A stretch of 64,000 nucleotides of DNA. Origin: Bacteroidales bacterium. GTDB taxonomy: Bacteria > Bacteroidota > Bacteroidia > Bacteroidales > UBA932. How positions within the stretch are numbered: the first letter of the stretch is position 1; every line of letters begins with the position of its first letter. The notes beneath the pieces were generated by a model, which did not search any database, had not been told where the DNA came from, and saw nothing but the letters and a program-made list of their open reading frames with translations. This document shows, piece by piece, positions 31,689-40,697 of the stretch. A program made the translations under genes and the position numbers. The DNA lies in contig JAFSUF010000029.1 of NCBI GenBank assembly GCA_017445425.1, forward strand, positions 1,926-65,925, read 5' to 3'.

Positions 31689-32248
31689 GCGAGATTCCCG
31701 TAGTCGTCACCCGGCACAGGACCTCAAGGCTCTCCATCCGGGTCACCAAAGAGGGCGAGGTACGCGTATCCGCGCCATGGTATGTCTCAAAGCGGACGAT
31801 AGAAACTTTTGTGGAGAGCCACAGGGAGTGGATTGGGAAGGCGCAGGAGCGTGTTTCAAGGCAGCAGGCGGGACGCAGTGCTTTTTACGCCCAGTTGGAC
31901 ATCTCCACGCCTGCCCGGCGCAAGGCAGCTGTGGCAAGGCTCGATGAAATCGTCAAGCCATTGGTTTCAAAGTATTCCGCACAGATGGGGGTCTCCCCCG
32001 CCGGCATCAGCTACCGCGCATCCAAGACCCGCTGGGGGAGTTGCAACCCGCGTACCCGCAGAATCAATTTCAGCCTGTACCTGCTGTTGCTTCCGGATTG
32101 GTGCGTAGAGCACATAGTGGTCCACGAACTTGCCCACCTTATAGAGGCCAACCACGGCCCCGGATTCTACGCCGTGATGGACAGACATTTTCCCAAATGG
32201 AAAGAGGCCCGCAGGCAGACCCTTCGGATAGTCCGCGGCGGTTGCTGA
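31685..32248 (+). CDS. DUF45/YgjP-like HExxH zinc metallopeptidase
   Basis: 187 aa with TRWGSC and VVHELAHL motifs. Its ATG overlaps the umuC stop (ATGA). Confidence 0.7.
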   Translation: MSEIPVVVTRHRTSRLSIRVTKEGEVRVSAPWYVSKRTIETFVESHREWIGKAQERVSRQQAGRSAFYAQLDISTPARRKAAVARLDEIVKPLVSKYSAQMGVSPAGISYRASKTRWGSCNPRTRRINFSLYLLLLPDWCVEHIVVHELAHLIEANHGPGFYAVMDRHFPKWKEARRQTLRIVRGGC

Positions 32249-32278
32249 TGTAAAAAAGAATAGTTACTTTTGCGAGTT

Positions 32279-33439
32279 ATGAACAGATTTATTTCCCTTA
32301 TTGCCATCGCTCTATGCATGGCAGCCTGTGCCCACAAGGAGTATGACCTGTCGGAAGGTCTTAACAAGGAGGTTACTCTGTTTGAGGATGAGATTTCCCT
32401 CCCCATCGGCAGCATCGGTCCCGTGACCCTTGAGTATGCCATGGGCAGTCTGGGCAAGATAGAAGGCATCGGCAGTATGGTGGCTGAGTACATCAAGGAG
32501 GATGCCGACGGCTTCCTCTGCGTCGAAGACAGCGGCAGCATATTCCGCAGCAACATTTACGAGATTGAGCGGGCTATGGGCGATGTGAGCGTTGCCAAAC
32601 GCTGGAATGCCGGCTACAAGTCGGCCTTTATCGGGGGACTGGCCGGCATGCTCAGTTTCGTCAACCTCAAAAACTGCAACCAGACTCTCGTCATCAGTTC
32701 ATCCAATCCCCTGTCGGTTGATGTTCCTGCAAGTTGCGAAGCAACCATAAACTGCCAGGGCGACGACGGTAGCGTCTCCATGCCGGTAGCTGAACTTGAC
32801 AATATCACCCTGAAACAACGTTCCCAGCAGGAGTTGCTTAATTTGGAATTTCCAGAAGACTTCAAGTCCAAGGTAGGTTCCATTGTATTCTCCAACCTTG
32901 TCCTGGACATGCCGGCGACACCTTCTTCTGCAATCAGCAACTCCAACGGCAACCTGTTTCTCGGATTCTACTACAAATACAAAAGCCGCATTGGCGTAGG
33001 CGAAGGGTTCTCCCTCCCGATGAGCGACATATCCACCGGGCAGATAAACCTCCCCTTAGGCAAATACAGGCTGGGGAAATGTGAAATTGAGGTTGAACTG
33101 GAAAACACCATACCTCTTACCGTCTCAGTCGACAATATAAGGGTACTGAAGCCACGCGAATCCTCAGACGAGGACCCTGTGGTTGAAGATGACATCACTG
33201 TCACCTCCGGCATCACCGTCGCGGGCGGAACACCTCAAAAGCCCTCAACCACAATTATCAAACTCGCACTGGAGGCAGCTTCGGGAACAATTCCCGACAT
33301 TCCCGAGCTCATGCTCGACCTCAAGCTTGAGGCCCAGCCTGACCTGGGCACTGTGCCCCTCTCCACCAAACAGGGTCTCTATGTCAAATCGTCTTCCGCA
33401 AGGATCTGCGGAGGCATAACAATCGGCAGCAATGAATAA
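32279..33439 (+). CDS. putative lipoprotein, unknown function
   Basis: MNRFISLIAIALCMAAC lipobox. 386 aa with no recognised motif. Confidence 0.55.
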   Translation: MNRFISLIAIALCMAACAHKEYDLSEGLNKEVTLFEDEISLPIGSIGPVTLEYAMGSLGKIEGIGSMVAEYIKEDADGFLCVEDSGSIFRSNIYEIERAMGDVSVAKRWNAGYKSAFIGGLAGMLSFVNLKNCNQTLVISSSNPLSVDVPASCEATINCQGDDGSVSMPVAELDNITLKQRSQQELLNLEFPEDFKSKVGSIVFSNLVLDMPATPSSAISNSNGNLFLGFYYKYKSRIGVGEGFSLPMSDISTGQINLPLGKYRLGKCEIEVELENTIPLTVSVDNIRVLKPRESSDEDPVVEDDITVTSGITVAGGTPQKPSTTIIKLALEAASGTIPDIPELMLDLKLEAQPDLGTVPLSTKQGLYVKSSSARICGGITIGSNE

Positions 33440-34784
33440 AAAGATATCCTTAGCAATCGCGCTTCTCGCCTGCATCACCTCCTTTTCCCATGCACAGTCG
33501 TTCCAGGAAGGCTTTATGTTGAAGGATTACAGGCTTATATACCACTTCAACCCGGCGCTGGCCGGGGAGAGTGATTTCATCAGCCTTTTCCAGGTCTCCT
33601 CGTCTAACCGGAACAATGTAGGCGCTTCTGCATTCATATATCCATACGACGGACAGGTCGTGACTTACCTCCACTCCAGCGTCCCGGCACAAACTGCCAG
33701 GGAAAATTTCAGGGAGAACAACTATCTCACAAAGAGTTATGATTTCAACCTGTTCTCCTACGGCATGTTCCGCAATGGGGCAGAGCACACCTTTGAGCTA
33801 AATATCCGGGGCATGTACGCAATATCTGCACCGGGAGAACTCTTTATGTTTGCCAAGACAGGCGCCGCTCCCTCGACATTGGACCTCAGCAGGCTGAGAG
33901 CCCAGGGTGACATTTATGCAGAACTCGCATACGGTTATTCGCGCAGGGTCAGCGACGTATTCTCTTTTGGCGCACGGGTGAAACTTCTGGGTGGACTCTA
34001 CGCACTGGACTATAATGTAACACGGCTCGACCTGAGCATGAGCGAAAGCAAGTACCAGGCCGATATAGAGGCCAGCCTGGACCTCACCGACCAGGCCGTC
34101 GGATTCGCAGTCGACAGCGATGGCTATATGGATTTCAAAGATTTCACATACAAGGGGTTGATACATATCCCGAAGAGTTACGGCGCAGCAGTTGACCTTG
34201 GTATCGCCGTCTATCCCACGGAGAACCTCACCCTCTCTGCATCGGTGACAGACCTGGGCGGCATCTTCTGGTACTTTGGCAATGCCTCCCGCTCTTCCGG
34301 TACGGTATCTTTCACCGGGCTTGAGAACCTTTCTTCTGAAGAATTCAACGAAGAGGGCCTGATGACACAGGCGAACACCCTCAAAGACCGGTTCCTGGAG
34401 CAGATACGTTTGTCTGAGGCAGAGACCAAGGTCAGATTCAAGGCGATACCATTCTCTGCCAACCTCGGTGCTAAATACTCAATGCCATTCTACGACAGGC
34501 TCTCGGCAGGTCTTACCGGACAGTATACAGGCTATCAATGGATGCCTTACTGGGAGGGCCGGTTCGCACTTGCATGCAACCCCGTAGATTGGTTTGACTG
34601 TACCGCAAACATCGGCACGGGAGCTTATGGAATGGTATGGGGCGCCGCCGGCAGTATATGCTTCCACCACTTCAGGCTCAATGTTGCACTTACAAACGGC
34701 TTCGGCGGCTACATCCCGGAGAAGCGTAATCCGCTAAAACCCACCTACAAGAACGTCACCTTTGGCCTGACATACGACCTGTAA
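33432..34784 (+). CDS. putative outer-membrane beta-barrel protein, unknown family
   Basis: Signal peptide ending SHAQS, alternating beta-strand pattern and C-terminal FGLTYDL. It overlaps the upstream lipoprotein gene by 8 nt. Confidence 0.55.
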   Translation: MNKKISLAIALLACITSFSHAQSFQEGFMLKDYRLIYHFNPALAGESDFISLFQVSSSNRNNVGASAFIYPYDGQVVTYLHSSVPAQTARENFRENNYLTKSYDFNLFSYGMFRNGAEHTFELNIRGMYAISAPGELFMFAKTGAAPSTLDLSRLRAQGDIYAELAYGYSRRVSDVFSFGARVKLLGGLYALDYNVTRLDLSMSESKYQADIEASLDLTDQAVGFAVDSDGYMDFKDFTYKGLIHIPKSYGAAVDLGIAVYPTENLTLSASVTDLGGIFWYFGNASRSSGTVSFTGLENLSSEEFNEEGLMTQANTLKDRFLEQIRLSEAETKVRFKAIPFSANLGAKYSMPFYDRLSAGLTGQYTGYQWMPYWEGRFALACNPVDWFDCTANIGTGAYGMVWGAAGSICFHHFRLNVALTNGFGGYIPEKRNPLKPTYKNVTFGLTYDL

Positions 34785-34802
34785 GATTATCCAAGCCTGG
34801 TT

Positions 34803-36284
34803 ATGCCGCTCGCGCTCTTCTCTGTGAACCTGATGTCGGAGTATCTGCTCCTGTTTATGTCAGTACTGGTTTTCGCCGCCATCCTGGTGATGAAAATCGG
34901 GTCAAAGTACGGCGTACCGTCCCTGCTGCTGTTCCTTATCATAGGAATGGTGGCCGGTGCCGACGGTCTGGGACTTGAGTTCGCGGATTATGCGGGGGCA
35001 GAGTCCATCGGGCATCTCGCCCTTACCATCATCATATTCACAGCCGGCCTGGAGACATCGCTGGAGCACACCAGGCCTGTACTCAGGCAGGGCGTCTCAC
35101 TCTCCACGGCGGGACTGCTGCTCACCATATTGTTTACAGGCACTTTCATATATCTGGTATTCGGAGGTCAATATGGCGTTGCAGCGCTGGGCTGCTTCCT
35201 TCTCCCCGCCATCATGGGGTCCACCGACTCCGCATCGGTGTTCTCAATCCTGAACGACAAGAAACTTCACCTCAGGGAGAACCTCGCCCCCATGCTGGAA
35301 CTGGAGTCCGGCAGTAACGACCCGCTGGCATACACCACCACCCTTATCCTGATACAAATCATCACCACGATGCAGACCACGGCGGAGAGCGCCGGAGCAA
35401 TGGTCCTCAAAGGATTGGGCATCATCGTATTGCAGATTGTAATCGGAGTGGCGATCGGCCTTGCCGTAGGGCAGGGCGCCAGATGGCTCCTGAACAAGAT
35501 ATCTCTTCCCAGCGTAGCGCTCTATTCAATAATGATCCTCAGCATAGGGTTCTTCGCAAACGGCATAGCCACCATTCTCCATGGCAACGGCCTGCTGGCA
35601 CTCTATATCACCGCCATCACAATCGCCAACAAGGTGGAACTTAAGAGAAAGAAAGATATCCTGAGTTTCTTTGACGGTATGACATGGCTCGTGCAACTGC
35701 TGATGTTCCTCATGCTGGGCCTGCTTGCACGGCCTTCCACGATGCTCTCTGCACTGGGTCCGGCATTGTTGATAGGGCTGTTCATGATGTTTGTGGCCCG
35801 TCCCGCCAGCGTACTGATCTCCCTTGCGCCGTTCCGCGGCCTCTCTTTCAAGTCAAAGTTGTTCACATCATGGGTAGGGCTCAAGGGGGCGGGTCCCATA
35901 CTGTTCGCCCTTGCCCCTGTGCTTGCCGGCATAGATGGTTCTACCGAGATTTTCAACGTCGTGTTCCTAATAACCCTGCTCTCCATGGTGCTCCAGGGCA
36001 TGACACTGGAGCCGTTTGCACGGATGCTGAACCTCACTTACGAGCAAGACCCCGAGGTGGAGACATTCGGGATGGAGATACCGGACGAGATGGGGCTGCT
36101 GCGGGACCATATCGTGAGCGGCGATGACCTTTCACGCGGCTCAACCCTGCGTGACCTGAGCCTCCCCCACGGCATCAGGGTCATGATGGTGCGTCGCGGC
36201 GACCGGTTCTTAGTTCCCCACGGGAGCATGCCGCTGAAAGAGGGTGACCGCCTGATAATCATTATGGGTGAATCTGACGACTGA
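34803..36284 (+). CDS. potassium/proton antiporter (CPA1, NhaP2/CvrA-like) with C-terminal TrkA-C domain
   Basis: About 12 TM segments followed by a soluble RCK_C-like tail (GDRLIIIMGES). Confidence 0.75.
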   Translation: MPLALFSVNLMSEYLLLFMSVLVFAAILVMKIGSKYGVPSLLLFLIIGMVAGADGLGLEFADYAGAESIGHLALTIIIFTAGLETSLEHTRPVLRQGVSLSTAGLLLTILFTGTFIYLVFGGQYGVAALGCFLLPAIMGSTDSASVFSILNDKKLHLRENLAPMLELESGSNDPLAYTTTLILIQIITTMQTTAESAGAMVLKGLGIIVLQIVIGVAIGLAVGQGARWLLNKISLPSVALYSIMILSIGFFANGIATILHGNGLLALYITAITIANKVELKRKKDILSFFDGMTWLVQLLMFLMLGLLARPSTMLSALGPALLIGLFMMFVARPASVLISLAPFRGLSFKSKLFTSWVGLKGAGPILFALAPVLAGIDGSTEIFNVVFLITLLSMVLQGMTLEPFARMLNLTYEQDPEVETFGMEIPDEMGLLRDHIVSGDDLSRGSTLRDLSLPHGIRVMMVRRGDRFLVPHGSMPLKEGDRLIIIMGESDD

Positions 36285-36314
36285 TAATCATTTAAACTAT
36301 CCGGTAATACAGCT

Positions 36315-37205
36315 ATGAAAAAGTTATTGGCAATCTTGCTTCCGGCCACTCTGGCAGCATTGCTCTGCTGGTCTTGCGAAAACACCACAGCCCCCCTGCA
36401 GACCAGGGTTTACAGCTATGAAGAGTCCGCAGACCACGCTTCAATAAAGTTCTCCGCGGAGTTGCCCGAGGGGAACGACCGCACCTCCAGGGTCATCCGT
36501 GAGAATCTGGCCGGCGTGATGGACAATCAACTTGCCCACATAGGTTCTTTTGAGGGGGAACGGCTGTTTGACCCGTATGACGGTGACATGAATGATACCG
36601 AGGGGTGTGTAAAGTATTATTTTGACAACGCTTTCAAGGTCATCTGTGACGGAGCAGACGATGACGTAAGGCAAAGGGCGGAGTATATCAAACAGGACAC
36701 CGGCATTAATGATGCCCAGAAAGAGGAGATACTCTCCCGCATGCCCGGATGGGAATACGAGTTCTCGTTGGAGATGATTGCCGATGCCGGTTGTTACGCC
36801 GTTTTCCAATCGCAGGACTATATCTATATGGGTGGTGCCCACGGCGGGGTAACCGGTGCAGGGTGCATCACTTTCGACAAGTCAACAGGCAGTATCATTG
36901 AGCAGTTCATAGACCCCGGCAGCGAAGAGGATATCCAGCCGCTGCTGCGCAAAGGGCTGGTGGGGTATTTTGTCGATGCAGATTCACAGGTCAACGACAG
37001 CAACCTCGACGAGTGTCTGCTACTGGAGGGCGACCTCATCCCTCTCCCGGCCTGGCAGCCCTACCCTTGCGAAGAGGGCTTAGTGTTTGTTTATCAGCAA
37101 TATGAGATTGCGCCTTACGCTGCCGGGATGCCCGCTTTTACGGTTTCTTTCGAGGAGATTGCGCCTTATCTGACGCCAGAAGCAAGGCGGATTATCGGTC
37201 TTTAG
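36315..37205 (+). CDS. DUF3298/DUF4163-type lipoprotein (RsiV/PdaC-like fold)
   Basis: Lipobox ALLCWSC and the YIYMGGAHGG signature. Confidence 0.65.
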   Translation: MKKLLAILLPATLAALLCWSCENTTAPLQTRVYSYEESADHASIKFSAELPEGNDRTSRVIRENLAGVMDNQLAHIGSFEGERLFDPYDGDMNDTEGCVKYYFDNAFKVICDGADDDVRQRAEYIKQDTGINDAQKEEILSRMPGWEYEFSLEMIADAGCYAVFQSQDYIYMGGAHGGVTGAGCITFDKSTGSIIEQFIDPGSEEDIQPLLRKGLVGYFVDADSQVNDSNLDECLLLEGDLIPLPAWQPYPCEEGLVFVYQQYEIAPYAAGMPAFTVSFEEIAPYLTPEARRIIGL

Positions 37206-37342
37206 TTTTCTTTATTCAGAAAACCCGCCCAGAAGCATCGCGGGCCCGGTTTGTTAGTAACCCTGTTGAAAACTTCCTTTTTCCAACACTTTTTCGAGCA
37301 GGTAGTTTTTGCAACTTTACAATCGGGAAACGGAAAAGCATA

Positions 37343-37370
37343 GGGCTGCCCCGGGCAGCCCCGCTTTTTT
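37343..37370 (+). terminator. intrinsic terminator in the spacer upstream of nrdD
   Basis: GGGCTGCC / GGCAGCCC stem followed by CGC TTTTTT. It lies 138 nt after the previous stop and 56 nt before the nrdD ATG. Confidence 0.6.
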
Positions 37371-37425
37371 ATCCTCTATACTATTGTATCCAATAGCCAT
37401 AACACTAAATAACCGCGCACAAGAA

Positions 37426-39624
37426 ATGGACGTTAGAAAGACCAACGGCACTTACGAAGAATTTGACAACGAAAAACTGAAAAGAGGTATCCGCCAGGCA
37501 TATATCGCCACCGGGCAGAAATGCCCCGAGGAGGTGGTGGTCTCCATCACAGACAACCTGTATATCTACGATAAGATCTCCAGTCAGGAGATCCGCCGCC
37601 AGGTGGTGGAATCCTTGATGTCAATCAACAAGAAAGCCGCCCTTGAATATATAGAGCGCTTTGATTCCGGCCTCGACCTGCGCAAGAAGAGGGACTTTAT
37701 CAAAGACTATATCAACGCGTCCAACGCGGCGACGGGCTCCAAGTTCGACGCCAATGCAAACATCACAAGAAAAAATATAGTTACCCTGGGGCAGGAGCTC
37801 TACAAAGAGAACAACATCAAGCAGAACCGCTACATCATGCAGGACAAGATCAAGTCCCTGTATGGGCGCGAACTTGCAGACAGGTATGTTGCCGACCTGG
37901 AAAGCCACGTGCTTTACAAGCACGACGAGAGCGGTACACCGGGTTACCCCTATTGTGTGGCAATCACCATGTATCCGTTCCTGGAGAGCGGCCTGCGTGA
38001 GCTGGGCGGGGTCTCGGTCGCTCCCACCGACCTCAAGAGTTTCTGCGGCGAGTTCATCAACCTGGTATATTCGGTGAGCTCACAGTTCATGGGCGCCGTG
38101 GCCACCCCGGAATTTTTGATGTACTTCGACTACTTCCTGCGCAAGGATTATGGCGACGATTACCTCACCAAACTGGACACTGTCGTAGAGAACAACCTCA
38201 AGCAGCGTACCCTCGTCAAGGTTATCGACAACTACTTCCAGCAGGTCGTACACTCCATGAACATGCCGGCCGGGAACCGCGGCTACCAGACGGTGTTCTG
38301 GAACATCGGCTACTTTGACAAACCGTACTTCGAGGGTGTGTTCGGAGACTTCCGCTTCCCCGACGGCACCGCGCCCATATGGGAGACCCTCAGCTGGCTG
38401 CAGAAACACTTTATGAACTGGTTCAACGAAGAGCGCAACCATTACGTCCTCACCTTCCCGGTTGAGACGATGGCCCTGCTGACCGACGGCGGCGACGATT
38501 ATGCCGACAAGGAGTATGCAGATTTCACCGCCCGCATGTGGAGCAAGGGGCACAGCTTCTTCTGCTACATCTCCAACTCGCCGGACAGCCTTTCCAGCTG
38601 CTGCCGCCTGCGAAACGAGATTCAGAAAGAGGACGGCCACAACCACAACACCCACCAGTACTCTATGGGTACCGCTTCGGTAGCGACCGGGTCCAAGAGC
38701 GTTATGACCATCAACCTCAACCGCCTGGTGCAGAACGCCGCCATCAAGTATTTCAAGAACGAGAAGCGGGTGGATATGAAGCGCGGCGTGGCCCTCGGCA
38801 TTGAAGAGTACGACCGTGAAAAGCTCTACCAGTACATCCGCGAAGAGATTACCGACGAGACAGAGGCCGTCCACAAGTACCAGACCGCCTTCAACGAGAT
38901 TATCAAGGACTTCCTCAAGGCAGATATGCTCGATGTCTATCGCGCAGGCTTTATCAATATGCGCAAGCAGTACCTCACCGTAGGCGTCAACGGCCTTACA
39001 GATGCAGCCGAATTCCTCGGGTTGAAGGTGTCGCCCAACAACGACTACAAGGATTTCGTGAATATGATGCTGGAGACCATCAACGTCTGCAACCGCAAGG
39101 ACCGCACTCCGGACGAGATGTTCAACACCGAGTTTGTTCCGGGCGAGAACCTCTCCGGCAAGAACTACAAGTGGGACAAGCGCGACGGCTACTTTGTATC
39201 GCCTCACCACAATATGTACAGCTCATACTTCTACAATCCCGAGGATACCGAACTCTCTATGATAGACAAGTTCAAACTGCACGGAGAGGACTATGTGAAG
39301 TATCTCGACGGCGGCAGCGCGCTGCATATGAACGTAGAGGAGCACCTCAGCTTCGAGCAGTACCGCCAGCTGCTCAACGTCGCAGCCCATTACGGCACCA
39401 ATTACTTCACTTTCAATTGCCGCAACACCGTTTGCAACGATTGCGGATACATCAGCAAGGATACCCTGCACGAGTGCCCCAAGTGCGGCAGCAAGAATCT
39501 CGACTACCTCACCCGCGTCATCGGCTACCTCAAGAGAGTCTCTTCTTTTAGTGAGATGCGCCAGACAGAGGCCAAGGCACGTTTCTACAACCCCAGTGAA
39601 GTACCCACCACTGTAGAAAACTAA
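37426..39624 (+). CDS. nrdD: anaerobic ribonucleoside-triphosphate reductase (class III)
   Basis: Internal start MDVRKTNGTYEEF (ATP-cone). C-terminal zinc ribbon CNDCGY...CPKCGS and glycyl-radical tail RVIGYLKRV. Confidence 0.9.
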   Translation: MDVRKTNGTYEEFDNEKLKRGIRQAYIATGQKCPEEVVVSITDNLYIYDKISSQEIRRQVVESLMSINKKAALEYIERFDSGLDLRKKRDFIKDYINASNAATGSKFDANANITRKNIVTLGQELYKENNIKQNRYIMQDKIKSLYGRELADRYVADLESHVLYKHDESGTPGYPYCVAITMYPFLESGLRELGGVSVAPTDLKSFCGEFINLVYSVSSQFMGAVATPEFLMYFDYFLRKDYGDDYLTKLDTVVENNLKQRTLVKVIDNYFQQVVHSMNMPAGNRGYQTVFWNIGYFDKPYFEGVFGDFRFPDGTAPIWETLSWLQKHFMNWFNEERNHYVLTFPVETMALLTDGGDDYADKEYADFTARMWSKGHSFFCYISNSPDSLSSCCRLRNEIQKEDGHNHNTHQYSMGTASVATGSKSVMTINLNRLVQNAAIKYFKNEKRVDMKRGVALGIEEYDREKLYQYIREEITDETEAVHKYQTAFNEIIKDFLKADMLDVYRAGFINMRKQYLTVGVNGLTDAAEFLGLKVSPNNDYKDFVNMMLETINVCNRKDRTPDEMFNTEFVPGENLSGKNYKWDKRDGYFVSPHHNMYSSYFYNPEDTELSMIDKFKLHGEDYVKYLDGGSALHMNVEEHLSFEQYRQLLNVAAHYGTNYFTFNCRNTVCNDCGYISKDTLHECPKCGSKNLDYLTRVIGYLKRVSSFSEMRQTEAKARFYNPSEVPTTVEN

Positions 39625-39638
39625 TAGAGGATTAGCAG

Positions 39639-40127
39639 ATGATCAAATATGTCCCACAGGCGACATCTGTGGTTTTGGAAGAGATACCCGGCAAGGTATC
39701 TCTTGCCGTAGATGTCAGTAACTGCCCCCTGAGATGCCCGGGCTGCCACTCGCCGTTCCTGCAGACAAATGTCGGCGAAGAACTCACCACAGATATAATT
39801 GACGAGTTGCTGGCCGACAACTTTGGCGTGAACTGCTTCCTGTTTTTCGGGGAGGGACAGGATGATGCATCGTTCCTGGACCTGGCCTGGCACATACGCG
39901 ACAACCACCCTGACATAGAGATTGCCCTCTACTCCGGCCGCACTGAGGTACCCAACACCTACTGGCGCGTGTTCAACTACATCAAACTGGGTCCCTATGT
40001 TGAAAAGCTGGGACCGCTGAACCACCGCACCACCAACCAGCGCCTCTACAAGGTAGAAAACCGCAAACGCATAGACATCACCCACCTCATCTGGGAACGC
40101 GGCATCGATCCCAACGTGAAACGGTAG
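39639..40127 (+). CDS. nrdG: anaerobic ribonucleotide reductase activating protein (radical SAM)
   Basis: 162 aa with cluster CPLRCPGCHSP, directly downstream of nrdD. Confidence 0.85.
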   Translation: MIKYVPQATSVVLEEIPGKVSLAVDVSNCPLRCPGCHSPFLQTNVGEELTTDIIDELLADNFGVNCFLFFGEGQDDASFLDLAWHIRDNHPDIEIALYSGRTEVPNTYWRVFNYIKLGPYVEKLGPLNHRTTNQRLYKVENRKRIDITHLIWERGIDPNVKR

Positions 40128-40149
40128 CATTCTCCTACCAAATTATAAT

Positions 40150-40330
40150 TCAAGATTCCCGATACTCTCTCGGCGACTGGCCTTTCATCCTTGAGAAGAA
40201 CTTGCTGAAGGAAGGGGTATCGGCAAAATGGAGGCGGTCGGCAATCTGAGCAATGCTCAGACTTGTGGAGCCAGGGCGCAGTGGAACTCATTGAGAAGAT
40301 CGGCACGCAGAACTGGCTGCTGCTGCAACT
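40150..40330 (-). pseudogene. remnant of the C-terminal HTH of an AraC-family regulator
   Basis: The reverse strand reads LSIAQIADRLHFADTPSFSKFFSRMKGQSPREYRES-stop, the second AraC HTH. A stop and a frame change lie immediately upstream and there is no start codon. Confidence 0.5.
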
Positions 40331-40355
40331 GTAAAACACTAAAAACGATAAGATT

Positions 40356-40529
40356 ATGAAAGAAAAAGTATTACACGCCATGCGTGAGTTCGGTGAACCC
40401 GTAAACGCCGGCAAGATTGCAGAGATTACAGGTATCGACCGCAAAGAAGTCGACAAGGCTTTTGCCGAACTGAAGAAGGAAGGCGCCATCGTCTCCCCGG
40501 TTCGCTGCAAATGGGAACCCGCCAAGTAA
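40356..40529 (+). CDS. small winged-helix-like protein (57 aa)
   Basis: MKEKVLHAMREFGEPVNAGKIAEITGIDRKEVDKAFAELKKEGAIVSPVRCKWEPAK. It is below the ORF-track length cut-off and ends 12 nt before the rubredoxin gene. Confidence 0.55.
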   Translation: MKEKVLHAMREFGEPVNAGKIAEITGIDRKEVDKAFAELKKEGAIVSPVRCKWEPAK

Positions 40530-40541
40530 TCAGCAGCGACC

Positions 40542-40697
40542 ATGACAAAGATGAAATGCCCCTGTAAGTACACTTACGACCCGGAGAAAGGTGACCCCAA
40601 GCAGGGGATACCTCCCGGAACCAAGTTTGAAGACTTACCCGAGACGTGGCGCTGCCCCCGCTGCAAACAGCCCAAGTCAAAGTTTAACAAAGCGTAG
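40542..40697 (+). CDS. rubredoxin-like protein (51 aa)
   Basis: [51 protein letters not shown]. It has the YxYDP...GxxPGTxFxDLPxxWxCPxC pattern. The first Cys pair is CPC rather than CxxC. Confidence 0.7.
   Translation: MTKMKCPCKYTYDPEKGDPKQGIPPGTKFEDLPETWRCPRCKQPKSKFNKA

Noticed and set aside
38080-39210. 376-aa minus-strand ORF
   Set aside because: It is antisense to nrdD. Its composition is rich in V/A/G/L/E, as expected from the reverse frame of a highly expressed gene, and it has no motifs.
40046-40573. 175-aa minus-strand ORF spanning the nrdG end, the spacer and the small wHTH gene
   Set aside because: It crosses three better-supported features and a pseudogene remnant in other frames, and it has no motifs.
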